The notes under the pieces: generated by a model
Seen by the model: the letters and a program-made list of their open reading frames with translations, nothing else
Told to the model about the DNA's origin: nothing
The model's database searches: none
Assembly: GCA_019634695.1 (NCBI GenBank)
Contig: JAHCAW010000001.1
Location: 48,328-112,327, forward strand
Direction of reading: 5' to 3'
DNA length: 64,000 bases
DNA from: Candidatus Sumerlaeia bacterium
Lineage (GTDB): Bacteria; Sumerlaeota; Sumerlaeia; SLMS01; JAHLLQ01
Translations under genes and position numbers: made by a program
Shown here: in pieces, positions 28,338 through 36,700 of the stretch
Layout: every line of letters begins with the position of its first letter
Position numbering within the stretch: position 1 is the stretch's first letter

Positions 28338-28930
28338 AGCGAGCCCCGGCGCGGCATCGTGCGATTGCGGCGGCGGCTGTGGTGGCCGCCGCAGTGCTCG
28401 CGGCGTCGTGCTCGCCGGAGTCGCGCTATCGCGTGCTGAGCGCCGTGTTCGACGGCGTGCCGCCGCCGGCGGGATTCGAGACGCCCGCGCCGGGCATCGT
28501 CGTTCCGTCGGTCGAGGTGCCCGGCAGCGGATTCCTCGACGACCTGCGCACGCTGCGCGAGCAGCGCCCGCCGCGCGACACCACGCCCGTGATCCTGTCC
28601 GTCCACAAGCCGGTGGCCGAGCGCAAGTGCCGCGAGTGCCACGGCGATCCCGAGGACGTCGCGATCATCCCGCACGACGCCCGCCTGTGCGACAAGTGCC
28701 ACCTGGACCAGCGCCGCGAGCAGGGCTGGGACCACGGACCGATCAATCTGGGCACGTGCATTCCGTGTCACACGCCGCATCGCTCGCGTCACAAGAGCCT
28801 GCTCTCCGAGCCGCTGCCCGACCTCTGCCTGCACTGCCACAAGGACGTGTCGCCCGACGGGCCCGACTACCACGTCGTCGCGAACTTCGCCGACTGCAGC
28901 GCGTGCCACGATCCCCACCGGATGTATTGA
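28334..28930 (+). CDS. Pentaheme cytochrome c lipoprotein
   Basis: Its start forms a GTGA overlap with the NHL gene. It has the lipobox LAASC and the motifs CRECH, CDKCH, CIPCH, CLHCH and CSACH. Confidence 0.85.
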   Translation: MKRAPARHRAIAAAAVVAAAVLAASCSPESRYRVLSAVFDGVPPPAGFETPAPGIVVPSVEVPGSGFLDDLRTLREQRPPRDTTPVILSVHKPVAERKCRECHGDPEDVAIIPHDARLCDKCHLDQRREQGWDHGPINLGTCIPCHTPHRSRHKSLLSEPLPDLCLHCHKDVSPDGPDYHVVANFADCSACHDPHRMY

Positions 28931-28931
28931 G

Positions 28932-31031
28932 ATGCCCCAGGATTCCGTTCCACGCTCCCGTCACTCCGCGCCCGGCATGCACGCCGCCCTGGTGGGGCTT
29001 GTGTTGCTGCTGGTCGCCGCGGCATGGGCGGAGCCCTACGAGGACCGCTGCTATCGGTGCCATGGGCAGAGCTGGATCGCGCAGCGCAGCCCGACGGCGC
29101 TGGCCGCGATGGTGCGCGCGCCCGAGGGCGGAGAGCGCCGCATTCGCGACGTGTCGGAGATTCCGGGACTGCTGGTGACGGGCGAGGCGTTCGCCGCCTC
29201 GGCGCACGGCGGCCTGGCGTGCACGGAGTGCCATCCGGGCGTCGACACGCTGCCGCACAACCAGGTGGTCGCCAGCCTGTCCTGCGTGGCCTGCCATGCG
29301 GGCGCGGCGAACGACGTGGCCATGGGGATGCACGCGCCGACGGTGGAGGGAACGCCGAACTGCGCGCACTGTCACGGCGATGCCCATGCGATTCGCAAGT
29401 ACGGCGGGCCGCGGACGTACACGCGGGCGATCGAGATGGTCGAGCGCTGCTCGGCCTGTCACGGCGACGTGTCGCACGGCAAGTTCTCGCCGGCCGAGAC
29501 GTTCCACGACAGCATCCACGGCGAGGCGCTGTTCAAGAAGGGGCTGGTCTCGGCGCCGATGTGCACGGACTGCCACGGGCCGCACGCGATGTTCACGGCC
29601 GCGGATCCCCGCAGCCCCGTGCATCCGCTGAATGTTCCCGAGACATGCGGCGCGTGCCATCAGGGCGTGGTGCCGGTGTTCCTGAACAGCGTGCACGGGC
29701 GCAACCTTCTGGCCGGGCGCGCCGACGCGGCGTCGTGCACGAGCTGCCACCACAGCCACGGCGTGGCCGGCGCGGACACGACCTTCGCGATCGACGTGGT
29801 GGCCGAGTGCTCGCACTGCCACATCAAGCTGGGCGAGTCGTACCTGCGCAGCTATCACGGCAAGGCGACGCAACTCGGCGGGCGCAACGCGGCGGTCTGC
29901 TCGAAGTGCCACGGCGCGCACGACATCCAGCCGGCGTCGGATCCGACGTCGAGGATTGCCGCCGGCAACCTGGTGGCGACCTGCGGCGAGTGTCACCCGG
30001 GCGCCAACGAGAACTTCGTCAAGTACATCGCGCACGTCGACTACACGGATCGCTCGCAGAATCCGGTGGTCTTCTTCACCTTCTGGGGCATGACGATCCT
30101 GCTGTGCAGCGTGCTGCTGGTGTTCATCCCGCACTCGCTGCTCTGGTTCCAGCGGACGCTGGGCGAGCGGCTGCGCTCGAAGGGCCACGGGCACGGTTCC
30201 GGGCGAATGGTGCGCCGGTTCAACCGCATGCACCGGCTGACGCACGCGCTGATCATCATCAGCTTCATGGGCCTTGTGGCGACGGGCTTCCCGCTGAAGT
30301 ACAGCTACACGGGCTGGGCGCAGGCGATCGCCTCGCTCTTCGGCGGCATCCACGCGATGGGCATCCTGCACCGGTTGTTCGCCGTGGTGACGTTCGCCTA
30401 CGCGGGTCTGCACCTGGGCTTCCTTGCGTGGTTCTTCTGGAGGAAGTGCCCGGCGCCGCGTTGGCGCTACATCATCGGGCCGGACTCGATGCTGTTCTCG
30501 CTGAAGGACTTCAAGGACTTCATCGCGATGATGAAGTGGTTCTTCCGCCGGGGACCGCGGCCGCAGTTCGACCGCTGGGCATACTTCGAGAAGTTCGACT
30601 ACTGGGGCGAGATCTGGGGCGTGATCGTCATCGGCGGCAGCGGCCTGCTGCTCTGGTTCCCGACGCTGTTCACGAAGGTGCTGCCCGGCTGGATTCTCAA
30701 CGTCGCGATGGTGATTCACAGCATCGAGGCGCTGCTGGCCGCGTCGGTGATCTTCCTCGTCCACTTCTTCAACACGCACCTGCGGCCGGAACGCTTCCCG
30801 ATCGACCTGACGATGTGGAGCGGCCAGATGACCGAGGAGGAGATGAAGATCGAACGGCCTGCCGAGTACGCGCGGCTGGTCGAGTCCGGTGCGCTCGAGG
30901 AACGACTCGAGGAGCCCATCTCCGCCCGGCGCCGCCTGCTCGGCATTGTCCTGGGCATGACCGCCTTCCTGATCGGCATCGCCTTGATCGTCCTGGCGAT
31001 CCAGACCGAAATCCTCAACCTCGTCAAGTGA
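28932..31031 (+). CDS. CbcL-like fusion: 11-heme periplasmic cytochrome c domain + C-terminal His-rich integral-membrane b-type cytochrome domain (HydC/FdnI-like)
   Basis: There are 11 CXXCH motifs in aa 1-375. About 5 TM helices with conserved histidines follow (IPHSLLWF, MHRLTHALII, ILHRLF..GLHLGF, VIHSIEALL..LVHFFNTH). Confidence 0.8.
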   Translation: MPQDSVPRSRHSAPGMHAALVGLVLLLVAAAWAEPYEDRCYRCHGQSWIAQRSPTALAAMVRAPEGGERRIRDVSEIPGLLVTGEAFAASAHGGLACTECHPGVDTLPHNQVVASLSCVACHAGAANDVAMGMHAPTVEGTPNCAHCHGDAHAIRKYGGPRTYTRAIEMVERCSACHGDVSHGKFSPAETFHDSIHGEALFKKGLVSAPMCTDCHGPHAMFTAADPRSPVHPLNVPETCGACHQGVVPVFLNSVHGRNLLAGRADAASCTSCHHSHGVAGADTTFAIDVVAECSHCHIKLGESYLRSYHGKATQLGGRNAAVCSKCHGAHDIQPASDPTSRIAAGNLVATCGECHPGANENFVKYIAHVDYTDRSQNPVVFFTFWGMTILLCSVLLVFIPHSLLWFQRTLGERLRSKGHGHGSGRMVRRFNRMHRLTHALIIISFMGLVATGFPLKYSYTGWAQAIASLFGGIHAMGILHRLFAVVTFAYAGLHLGFLAWFFWRKCPAPRWRYIIGPDSMLFSLKDFKDFIAMMKWFFRRGPRPQFDRWAYFEKFDYWGEIWGVIVIGGSGLLLWFPTLFTKVLPGWILNVAMVIHSIEALLAASVIFLVHFFNTHLRPERFPIDLTMWSGQMTEEEMKIERPAEYARLVESGALEERLEEPISARRRLLGIVLGMTAFLIGIALIVLAIQTEILNLVK

Positions 31032-31053
31032 CACCCCACGGAGCGCCCCGACC

Positions 31054-32391
31054 ATGAACAGCCCCCTGACGCGATTCAGCCTCCTGCTGGCGATCACCCT
31101 GCTCGCGCTGGCGCTGCAAGGCCCGGCGCGCGCCAACACGCAGATCACGCTCGGCGCCTCGTGCGTGACCGGCGAGTGCCACGGCGACGTGACCGCGCAT
31201 CAGTTCCTGCACGGCCCCGTCAACCTGAAGCAGTGCCAACCCTGCCACGAACCCATCGGCGGCCGGCACGAGTTCGCACCGCTGACCGACAGTCGCAGCC
31301 TGTGCATCACCTGCCACGAGGTGGACCAACCGAAGGCCTTCGTCCATGGACCGTTTCAGACCGACTGCGTGGTCTGTCACAGTCCGCACGGCGACTCGAA
31401 CCGGCACTTCGTCAAGGGGGGCGAGGGAGCGGCCTCGTGCACCATGTGCCATGACAGCGTGACGCGCGGCATGACGCACCTGCACGGGCCGGTGGCCGTC
31501 GGCGAGTGCCTCGTCTGCCACGAGCCGCACCAGTCGAACCACAAGGGCCTGCTGATCGACGCGCGCCCGCAGCTCTGCATGGGATGTCACATCGACGTGG
31601 CGCACGAGATCGAGCGCGCGGTGGTCGTGCACCAGCCGGTCGAGATGGAATGCGCCGGCTGCCACAATCCGCACGGCGGCACGGCGGCGTTCTTCCATCC
31701 GGCCGAGGGCCCGGACCTGTGCCGCTCGTGCCATGGCGGCTTCCTCGAGGAGGCCATGCAGGCTCCCTTCCCGCACGGCGCGATGACCGAAGGCAAGGCC
31801 TGCCAGAATTGCCACGCTCCCCATGCCTCGGCCCAGCAGGGCCTGCTTGGCACGGACACGATGGACCTTTGTCTCTCGTGCCACAGCTCCGAGATTCGCC
31901 ATGCACGCGGCACGATTCCCAACATCGCGGCGCAGCTTTCCTCGGCGACGTTCCTGCACGGTCCGATCAGCGAGCGCAACTGCGTCGCCTGCCACAAGGC
32001 GCACGGCTCCGACGTCGCCAGCATCCTGACGAAGCCCTTCCCGCGCGAGTTCTACGCGCCCTACAAGGAGGGTGCCTACGACATGTGCTTCGAGTGCCAC
32101 GACAACACGCTTGTGCTGAACGAGCGCAGCACCGCCACGCAGTTCCGCGACGGCGACCGCAACCTGCACTTCCTGCACGTCAATCGCGAGAAGGGGCGCA
32201 CCTGCCGGGCCTGTCACTCCGAGCACGCCTCCGTGCAGCCCCACCACGTTCGCACCGAAGTTCCGTTCGGCCGCTGGATGATGAAGGTCCAGTTCACGAA
32301 GACGGAGACCGGCGGAACGTGCGAGACGGGCTGCCACATTCCGTACGGGTACGACCGCGTGCGGCCGGCGGCGGGGAGCACGACGCCATGA
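31054..32391 (+). CDS. Periplasmic multiheme cytochrome c with 15 motifs (13 CXXCH + N-terminal CX4CH + C-terminal CX3CH)
   Basis: Has a signal peptide, then CVTGECH, 13 CXXCH and a final CETGCH. The C-terminal block RDGDRNLHFLHV..CRACH..TGGTCETGCH parallels that of 15513..16571. Confidence 0.9.
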   Translation: MNSPLTRFSLLLAITLLALALQGPARANTQITLGASCVTGECHGDVTAHQFLHGPVNLKQCQPCHEPIGGRHEFAPLTDSRSLCITCHEVDQPKAFVHGPFQTDCVVCHSPHGDSNRHFVKGGEGAASCTMCHDSVTRGMTHLHGPVAVGECLVCHEPHQSNHKGLLIDARPQLCMGCHIDVAHEIERAVVVHQPVEMECAGCHNPHGGTAAFFHPAEGPDLCRSCHGGFLEEAMQAPFPHGAMTEGKACQNCHAPHASAQQGLLGTDTMDLCLSCHSSEIRHARGTIPNIAAQLSSATFLHGPISERNCVACHKAHGSDVASILTKPFPREFYAPYKEGAYDMCFECHDNTLVLNERSTATQFRDGDRNLHFLHVNREKGRTCRACHSEHASVQPHHVRTEVPFGRWMMKVQFTKTETGGTCETGCHIPYGYDRVRPAAGSTTP

Positions 32392-33218
32392 TGCGACTGC
32401 GCTCGGCGCGGAACCATCGCGAGGCCCTGCTCGCCGGCATGCTGGCGTTGCTGCTGGCCGTGGCGACGGGTCGGCCAGCCGTCGGCGATCTCGTGCCGCC
32501 ACTCGATGGCGCGGGAATCGTCGTGAAGGCGATGCCGAAGGATGCGCCGACGACCGGGCCGGTGGTGCTCGTCTTCCTGAAGCCGGGCGATGCGCACGCG
32601 GCTCGGATCGTCGAGGACCTGCATGCGCTGCGCGGGCGCGACGAGCGCCTGGCGCGGTCCAGCTCCGTTGTGGCGATCATCTCGCGCTTTCCGGGCGGGG
32701 GAGCGCCGGCTCTGCCGACCTTTCCGAAGGACTGGCGCGTTCTGCACGACACGCAGGACACGCTCTACACGGCCTATCGGATCATCGCGACGCCGAGCGT
32801 GGCAGTTGTCGGAAGCGACAAGCGGCTGGTCGGGTTCCACCCGGGATACGGACCGGCGCTGGCCGCGGCGATTCGGCGCGACCTGATGCTGGCGATCGAC
32901 GGTGCCGGTGCACTGGTGACTCCGACGCCCTCGCGCGACGGCATGAACGTGCAGATGGGTCGGGCACTGGCGCGGCGCGGTCTGTGGGAGCGCGCGCTGG
33001 GCTACTATCGCAAGGCGGCCGAGGAAGGCGAACTCTCCGCCGAGGCGCAGCTCGAGATGGCCACGCTGCACCTGGAGCTGGGCGAGCGCGACGACGCGCT
33101 GCGTCTGCTCGAGGCACTCGCGCCCGCTCACGCGAACCTGCCCGGCATCGAGGATCTGCGCCGCCGATTGACCGAGTCCGTGGAGACGCCGCTCCCGAAA
33201 CCGCCACCCGTGCCGTGA
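32388..33218 (+). CDS. Exported thioredoxin-fold (TlpA-like) protein lacking the CXXC site, fused to C-terminal TPR
   Basis: Its start forms an ATGA overlap. It has a signal/anchor segment. VVLVFLKPGDAHAAR occupies the position where redoxins have WCxxC, and the TPR-like tail is LARRGLWERALGYYRKAAEEG. Confidence 0.6.
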   Translation: MMRLRSARNHREALLAGMLALLLAVATGRPAVGDLVPPLDGAGIVVKAMPKDAPTTGPVVLVFLKPGDAHAARIVEDLHALRGRDERLARSSSVVAIISRFPGGGAPALPTFPKDWRVLHDTQDTLYTAYRIIATPSVAVVGSDKRLVGFHPGYGPALAAAIRRDLMLAIDGAGALVTPTPSRDGMNVQMGRALARRGLWERALGYYRKAAEEGELSAEAQLEMATLHLELGERDDALRLLEALAPAHANLPGIEDLRRRLTESVETPLPKPPPVP

Positions 33219-33254
33219 AGGGAGGATGGGACCTCGCGTCCCCGATGGCCGCCC

Positions 33255-35306
33255 ATGCTTCCCCGTCCACTCCTCGCGCTCGCCGCTGTCGTCCTGCTGC
33301 TCGGCATGACCAGCGTGGCCCGTGCGCAGGCGGACCGCTTTCGCCGCGAGTATCCCGTGCAGGCCCTTGCCGTCACGGACACCGACGCGGAACTGGGCAT
33401 CGAATACAACTACTTCGGCGAGACGATCCGGCGCTCCGGCGGCGGACGCCTGCGCTACTCGAACCACTTCCTGCAGGAATACTACCAGGGGCGCGCGCGT
33501 GGATACATCTACCATCCGCGGCTGCTCACCTACTCGGCGCAGGTGCGCCTTGGGCTTTCGCAGCAATGGCTGCGTCGCGACTCCGACGGCGACAGCTCCT
33601 CGTCGTTCGACAACGATGAGCTGCTGGGCTACGACCTGCGCCTGGACTTCTTCAAGGACCACCCGCTGAGCGGCAGCGTCTTCGCACGTCGCGACGAGCG
33701 CATCCTGATGGGCCTGTTCGTGGACCGCTATCTCGTGCGCACCGAAGCCCAGGGCGGCACGCTGCGGTGGAAGAACGACATCGCTCCGATGAACCTGAGC
33801 GTCACGCGCTCGAAGGTCGAGGAGTTCGGCATCAACAGCCACAGCACCACGCTGACCGACACGCTCGAGTACAACCTGCGCCACGACATCGGCCGCCGCA
33901 GCCGCACCGACGTGCAGGCGCGCGTGCAGAGCATCGAGCGCGACTTCGAGGCGGAAACCTTCCGTGGCCGCGTCGAGCGCGAGACCGAACTCGACACGCG
34001 CACCCTCCAGGCCACCAACCGCCTGAATCTCGACGCGCAGGGCCGCAGCACCCTGCGCTCCACAGTGCGATACCACCAGCAGCGCAACGGGCAGGACCTG
34101 ACCACGCTCTATTGGCAGGAGCGCCTCCAGCTCCAACACTCGCGCAACCTGCGCAGCTACGCCGAGGCGAGCTTCCTGCGCAACGAGTACTCCGACGGGC
34201 GCAAGAACGACACCTATCGCGCCGAGATCGGCGTCGATCACCAGCTCTACGAGAGCCTGCGCACGCACTTCGACATCCATGGCCGGCGCACGGTGGCCCA
34301 GATCACCGAAGAGGATCGCTACGGCGCGACGGCGCAGCTTCAGTACCGCAAGAAGACGGGGCTCGGCGTGTTCAGCGCCGGCTTCTCGAAGACGCTCGAC
34401 CAGGTGGAGCGCACCGGCGGCGCGGCCTCGGACGACATCCTCGACGAGGCGCTGACGCTCTTCATCGCCGTGCCGACGTTCCTCGGCCGCGGCGACGTCA
34501 TCGCCCCCAGCATCGTCGTCACCGACGTGACGAACACGATCATCTACACCGAAGGGTTCGACTACGAGATCGTGCGGCAGGGTCGGCGCACGGGCCTGCG
34601 CATCGTGCCGGGCGGCCTGCTGGCCGACGGCGACCAAGTGCTCGTGGACTATCGCATCGAGGTGGACGGCGACGTCTCCTACATCGCCGACGACCAGACG
34701 ATCTACCTGCGGCACGACTTCGAACGCGGGATCAAGGGACTGTCGCTCTACGCGCAGCGCCACGACCTGCGGGCCCGACGCATCGACGCGGCCGACGACT
34801 TCGGCATCGTCGAGTTCACCGACCAGATGGTCGGCCTGCGGCAGGAGTGGCGCCAGTTCGCGTTCGTGAGCGAGTATCAGGAGTTCGACGACGACCTCGG
34901 CGGGTTCACGCAGTGGCGCAACCGGCTGGAGGGAAACCATCGGCTCAGCTCGCGCACGCGCCTTGGCTGGAACGTCGGCATCAACAAGACGGACTACAGC
35001 TCGAACCGCGACATCAGCGGTCAGGACGAGAGCGACTATCGCTTCGCCGGCGTGTTCGTCGATGGGCGCTTCTCGAACCGCGGCTTCTGGCGCGTGGAGG
35101 CGCGGACGATGCGCGAGACGGGGCGGACGGAGAGCACCACGAACGGCGTGCTGGCGCGTGCGGGCTTCGAGTGGCGCCGCATGACCATCGAGGGCGGCGC
35201 GCGCTTCGAGCAGTACGAGGTCTTCGACACCGAGCGCGACCGCGTGCACGTCTTCGTGCGGATGCGTCGCAGCCTGGGCCGCCGCCCGATGGAGGGCCGC
35301 CGATGA
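33255..35306 (+). CDS. Candidate outer-membrane beta-barrel (porin-like) protein, 683 aa
   Basis: The signal peptide is MLPRPLLALAAVVLLLGMTSVARAQ. The protein has no Cys or heme motifs. It shows long runs of alternating hydrophobic/polar residues rich in Y, R, D and G (LRYSNHFLQEYY, TLEYNLRHD, AEIGVDHQLY), and its cluster context fits. The fold is not verified. Confidence 0.55.
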   Translation: MLPRPLLALAAVVLLLGMTSVARAQADRFRREYPVQALAVTDTDAELGIEYNYFGETIRRSGGGRLRYSNHFLQEYYQGRARGYIYHPRLLTYSAQVRLGLSQQWLRRDSDGDSSSSFDNDELLGYDLRLDFFKDHPLSGSVFARRDERILMGLFVDRYLVRTEAQGGTLRWKNDIAPMNLSVTRSKVEEFGINSHSTTLTDTLEYNLRHDIGRRSRTDVQARVQSIERDFEAETFRGRVERETELDTRTLQATNRLNLDAQGRSTLRSTVRYHQQRNGQDLTTLYWQERLQLQHSRNLRSYAEASFLRNEYSDGRKNDTYRAEIGVDHQLYESLRTHFDIHGRRTVAQITEEDRYGATAQLQYRKKTGLGVFSAGFSKTLDQVERTGGAASDDILDEALTLFIAVPTFLGRGDVIAPSIVVTDVTNTIIYTEGFDYEIVRQGRRTGLRIVPGGLLADGDQVLVDYRIEVDGDVSYIADDQTIYLRHDFERGIKGLSLYAQRHDLRARRIDAADDFGIVEFTDQMVGLRQEWRQFAFVSEYQEFDDDLGGFTQWRNRLEGNHRLSSRTRLGWNVGINKTDYSSNRDISGQDESDYRFAGVFVDGRFSNRGFWRVEARTMRETGRTESTTNGVLARAGFEWRRMTIEGGARFEQYEVFDTERDRVHVFVRMRRSLGRRPMEGRR

Positions 35307-35397
35307 GAGGGAAGCTCGATGGGATGCGCGGAATCGAACCTGGACTGTCGCCAGGTGAAGCATATCTCGCTGCAACTCAACGAATCCCGATGCCCTT

Positions 35398-35569
35398 AAC
35401 TGTGGCTCGGGCGTCCCGCCCGAGTTCCGCCACGCCACGCGCATGGTGCCGATGCCTGCGTTCTGGCGTACCTCCTCCTATATGGATTCCAACAGGCTGT
35501 CTTGTAGCGCGTGACGTCCACTACTTGGCGAGATTCCCGGAACTCGGGCGAGACGCCCGAGCCACAGTT
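35398..35569. repeat. 32-nt inverted repeats (31/32 match) flanking a 108-nt lower-GC spacer; each arm contains its own 8-bp hairpin
   Basis: The arm aactgtggctcgggcgtcccgcccgagttccg (35398-35429) matches the reverse complement of 35538-35569. The internal hairpin is ctcgggcg-N3-cgcccgag. Confidence 0.75.
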
Positions 35570-35629
35570 TTACCGCCTGCCGCCAGCGCATGCATTGGTC
35601 TAGTTCTTCCCTCCAACCTCCGAAGTCGT

Positions 35630-36700
35630 GTGACGCGCGCGCTGGCACTGCTTGCGCTGCTCCTCGTGCTGGCTTCGTGCGCCGGCACGCGTCGCGATCC
35701 GTTTGCGACGACGGCGGGAATCGCTCCCGTCTGGCCTCCGCCGCCCGAGCCGCCGCGCGTGGAGCATGTGCTGTCGATCGCCGACCATCGCGATCTGTTC
35801 GAGGAAGGTGGTTTCGGCCGGTCGCTGGCACGCCTTGTCGGTGGCCCGGTCGACTCGCGGCTTGTGCGGCCCTATGCCATCGCGGTGGATGCGAAGCTCG
35901 GGCTGCTGGTGACGGATCCGGGCAATCAGTGTGTGCATCGGTTCGACTGGGACTCGCGGCGCTATCGCCGGATTGGCGAGTCGTTGGCGGGCGGCCTGCC
36001 GTCGCCTGTCGGCGTGGCTGTCGCGCGGGACGGGTCGATTCTCGTGGCGGATTCACGCCTCGCATCGATCGAACGATTCAGCTCCGACGGGCGCCATCTT
36101 GGACGCTTCGCGCCGGGACATCCATTCCGTCGGCCGGCTGGCATCGCCGTCGATGAAGCGAGCGGCGAGGTCTACGTTGCCGACGTGCTCGCGCATCAGG
36201 TGCTGGTCTTCGGCGCCGACGGGGCGTTGCAGCGCGCGCTGGGCGGCAACGGCAGCGCACCGGGCCGGTTCAACTTCCCGACGCATCTCGGGCTGGACGG
36301 ATCGGGCGGGCTGCTGGTGGCCGACGGGATGAACTTCCGCGTGCAGCGCCTGGCGCGCGATGGCGCGGCGCTGACGGTGTACGGGCGCGTCGGCACGGCG
36401 CGCGGCGACTTCGCGCACCCCAAGGGCGTCGCCGCATGGGACGCGGAGACGTTCGTCGCGGTCGAGGGCCTGCACGACGCGCTGGTGTTGTTCGATGGAG
36501 AGGGCCGCCTGCTGCTGGCGATCGGCGAGGCGGGTTCGGGGCCGGGGCAGTTCTGGCTGCCGGCCGGACTCGCGGCGGACCGCGCGCGCGGCCTGCTCTT
36601 CGTCGCCGACAGTTTCAACAGTCGGGTGCAGGTGTTCCGCCTGCTGCCCGCGCCCGCCGTGTCCGACCCCGCGCAGGAAGAGAAAGGACCGACCCCATGA
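35630..36700 (+). CDS. NHL-repeat beta-propeller lipoprotein (second copy)
   Basis: GTG start and lipobox VLASC. Blades include GLLVTDPGNQCVHRFD, GSILVADSRLASIERF, GEVYVADVLAHQVLVF, GLLVADGMNFRVQRL and GLLFVADSFNSRVQVF. Confidence 0.8.
   Translation: MTRALALLALLLVLASCAGTRRDPFATTAGIAPVWPPPPEPPRVEHVLSIADHRDLFEEGGFGRSLARLVGGPVDSRLVRPYAIAVDAKLGLLVTDPGNQCVHRFDWDSRRYRRIGESLAGGLPSPVGVAVARDGSILVADSRLASIERFSSDGRHLGRFAPGHPFRRPAGIAVDEASGEVYVADVLAHQVLVFGADGALQRALGGNGSAPGRFNFPTHLGLDGSGGLLVADGMNFRVQRLARDGAALTVYGRVGTARGDFAHPKGVAAWDAETFVAVEGLHDALVLFDGEGRLLLAIGEAGSGPGQFWLPAGLAADRARGLLFVADSFNSRVQVFRLLPAPAVSDPAQEEKGPTP

Noticed and set aside
35318-35400. tRNA-like T-loop string (reverse complement GGTTCGATTCC) just after the barrel gene, possibly a tRNA, tRNA remnant or att site.
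   Set aside because: The flanking bases do not form a T stem. The acceptor would pair at only 6 of 7 positions and no D or anticodon arms can be drawn. The candidate would also be about 68 nt, which is too short.
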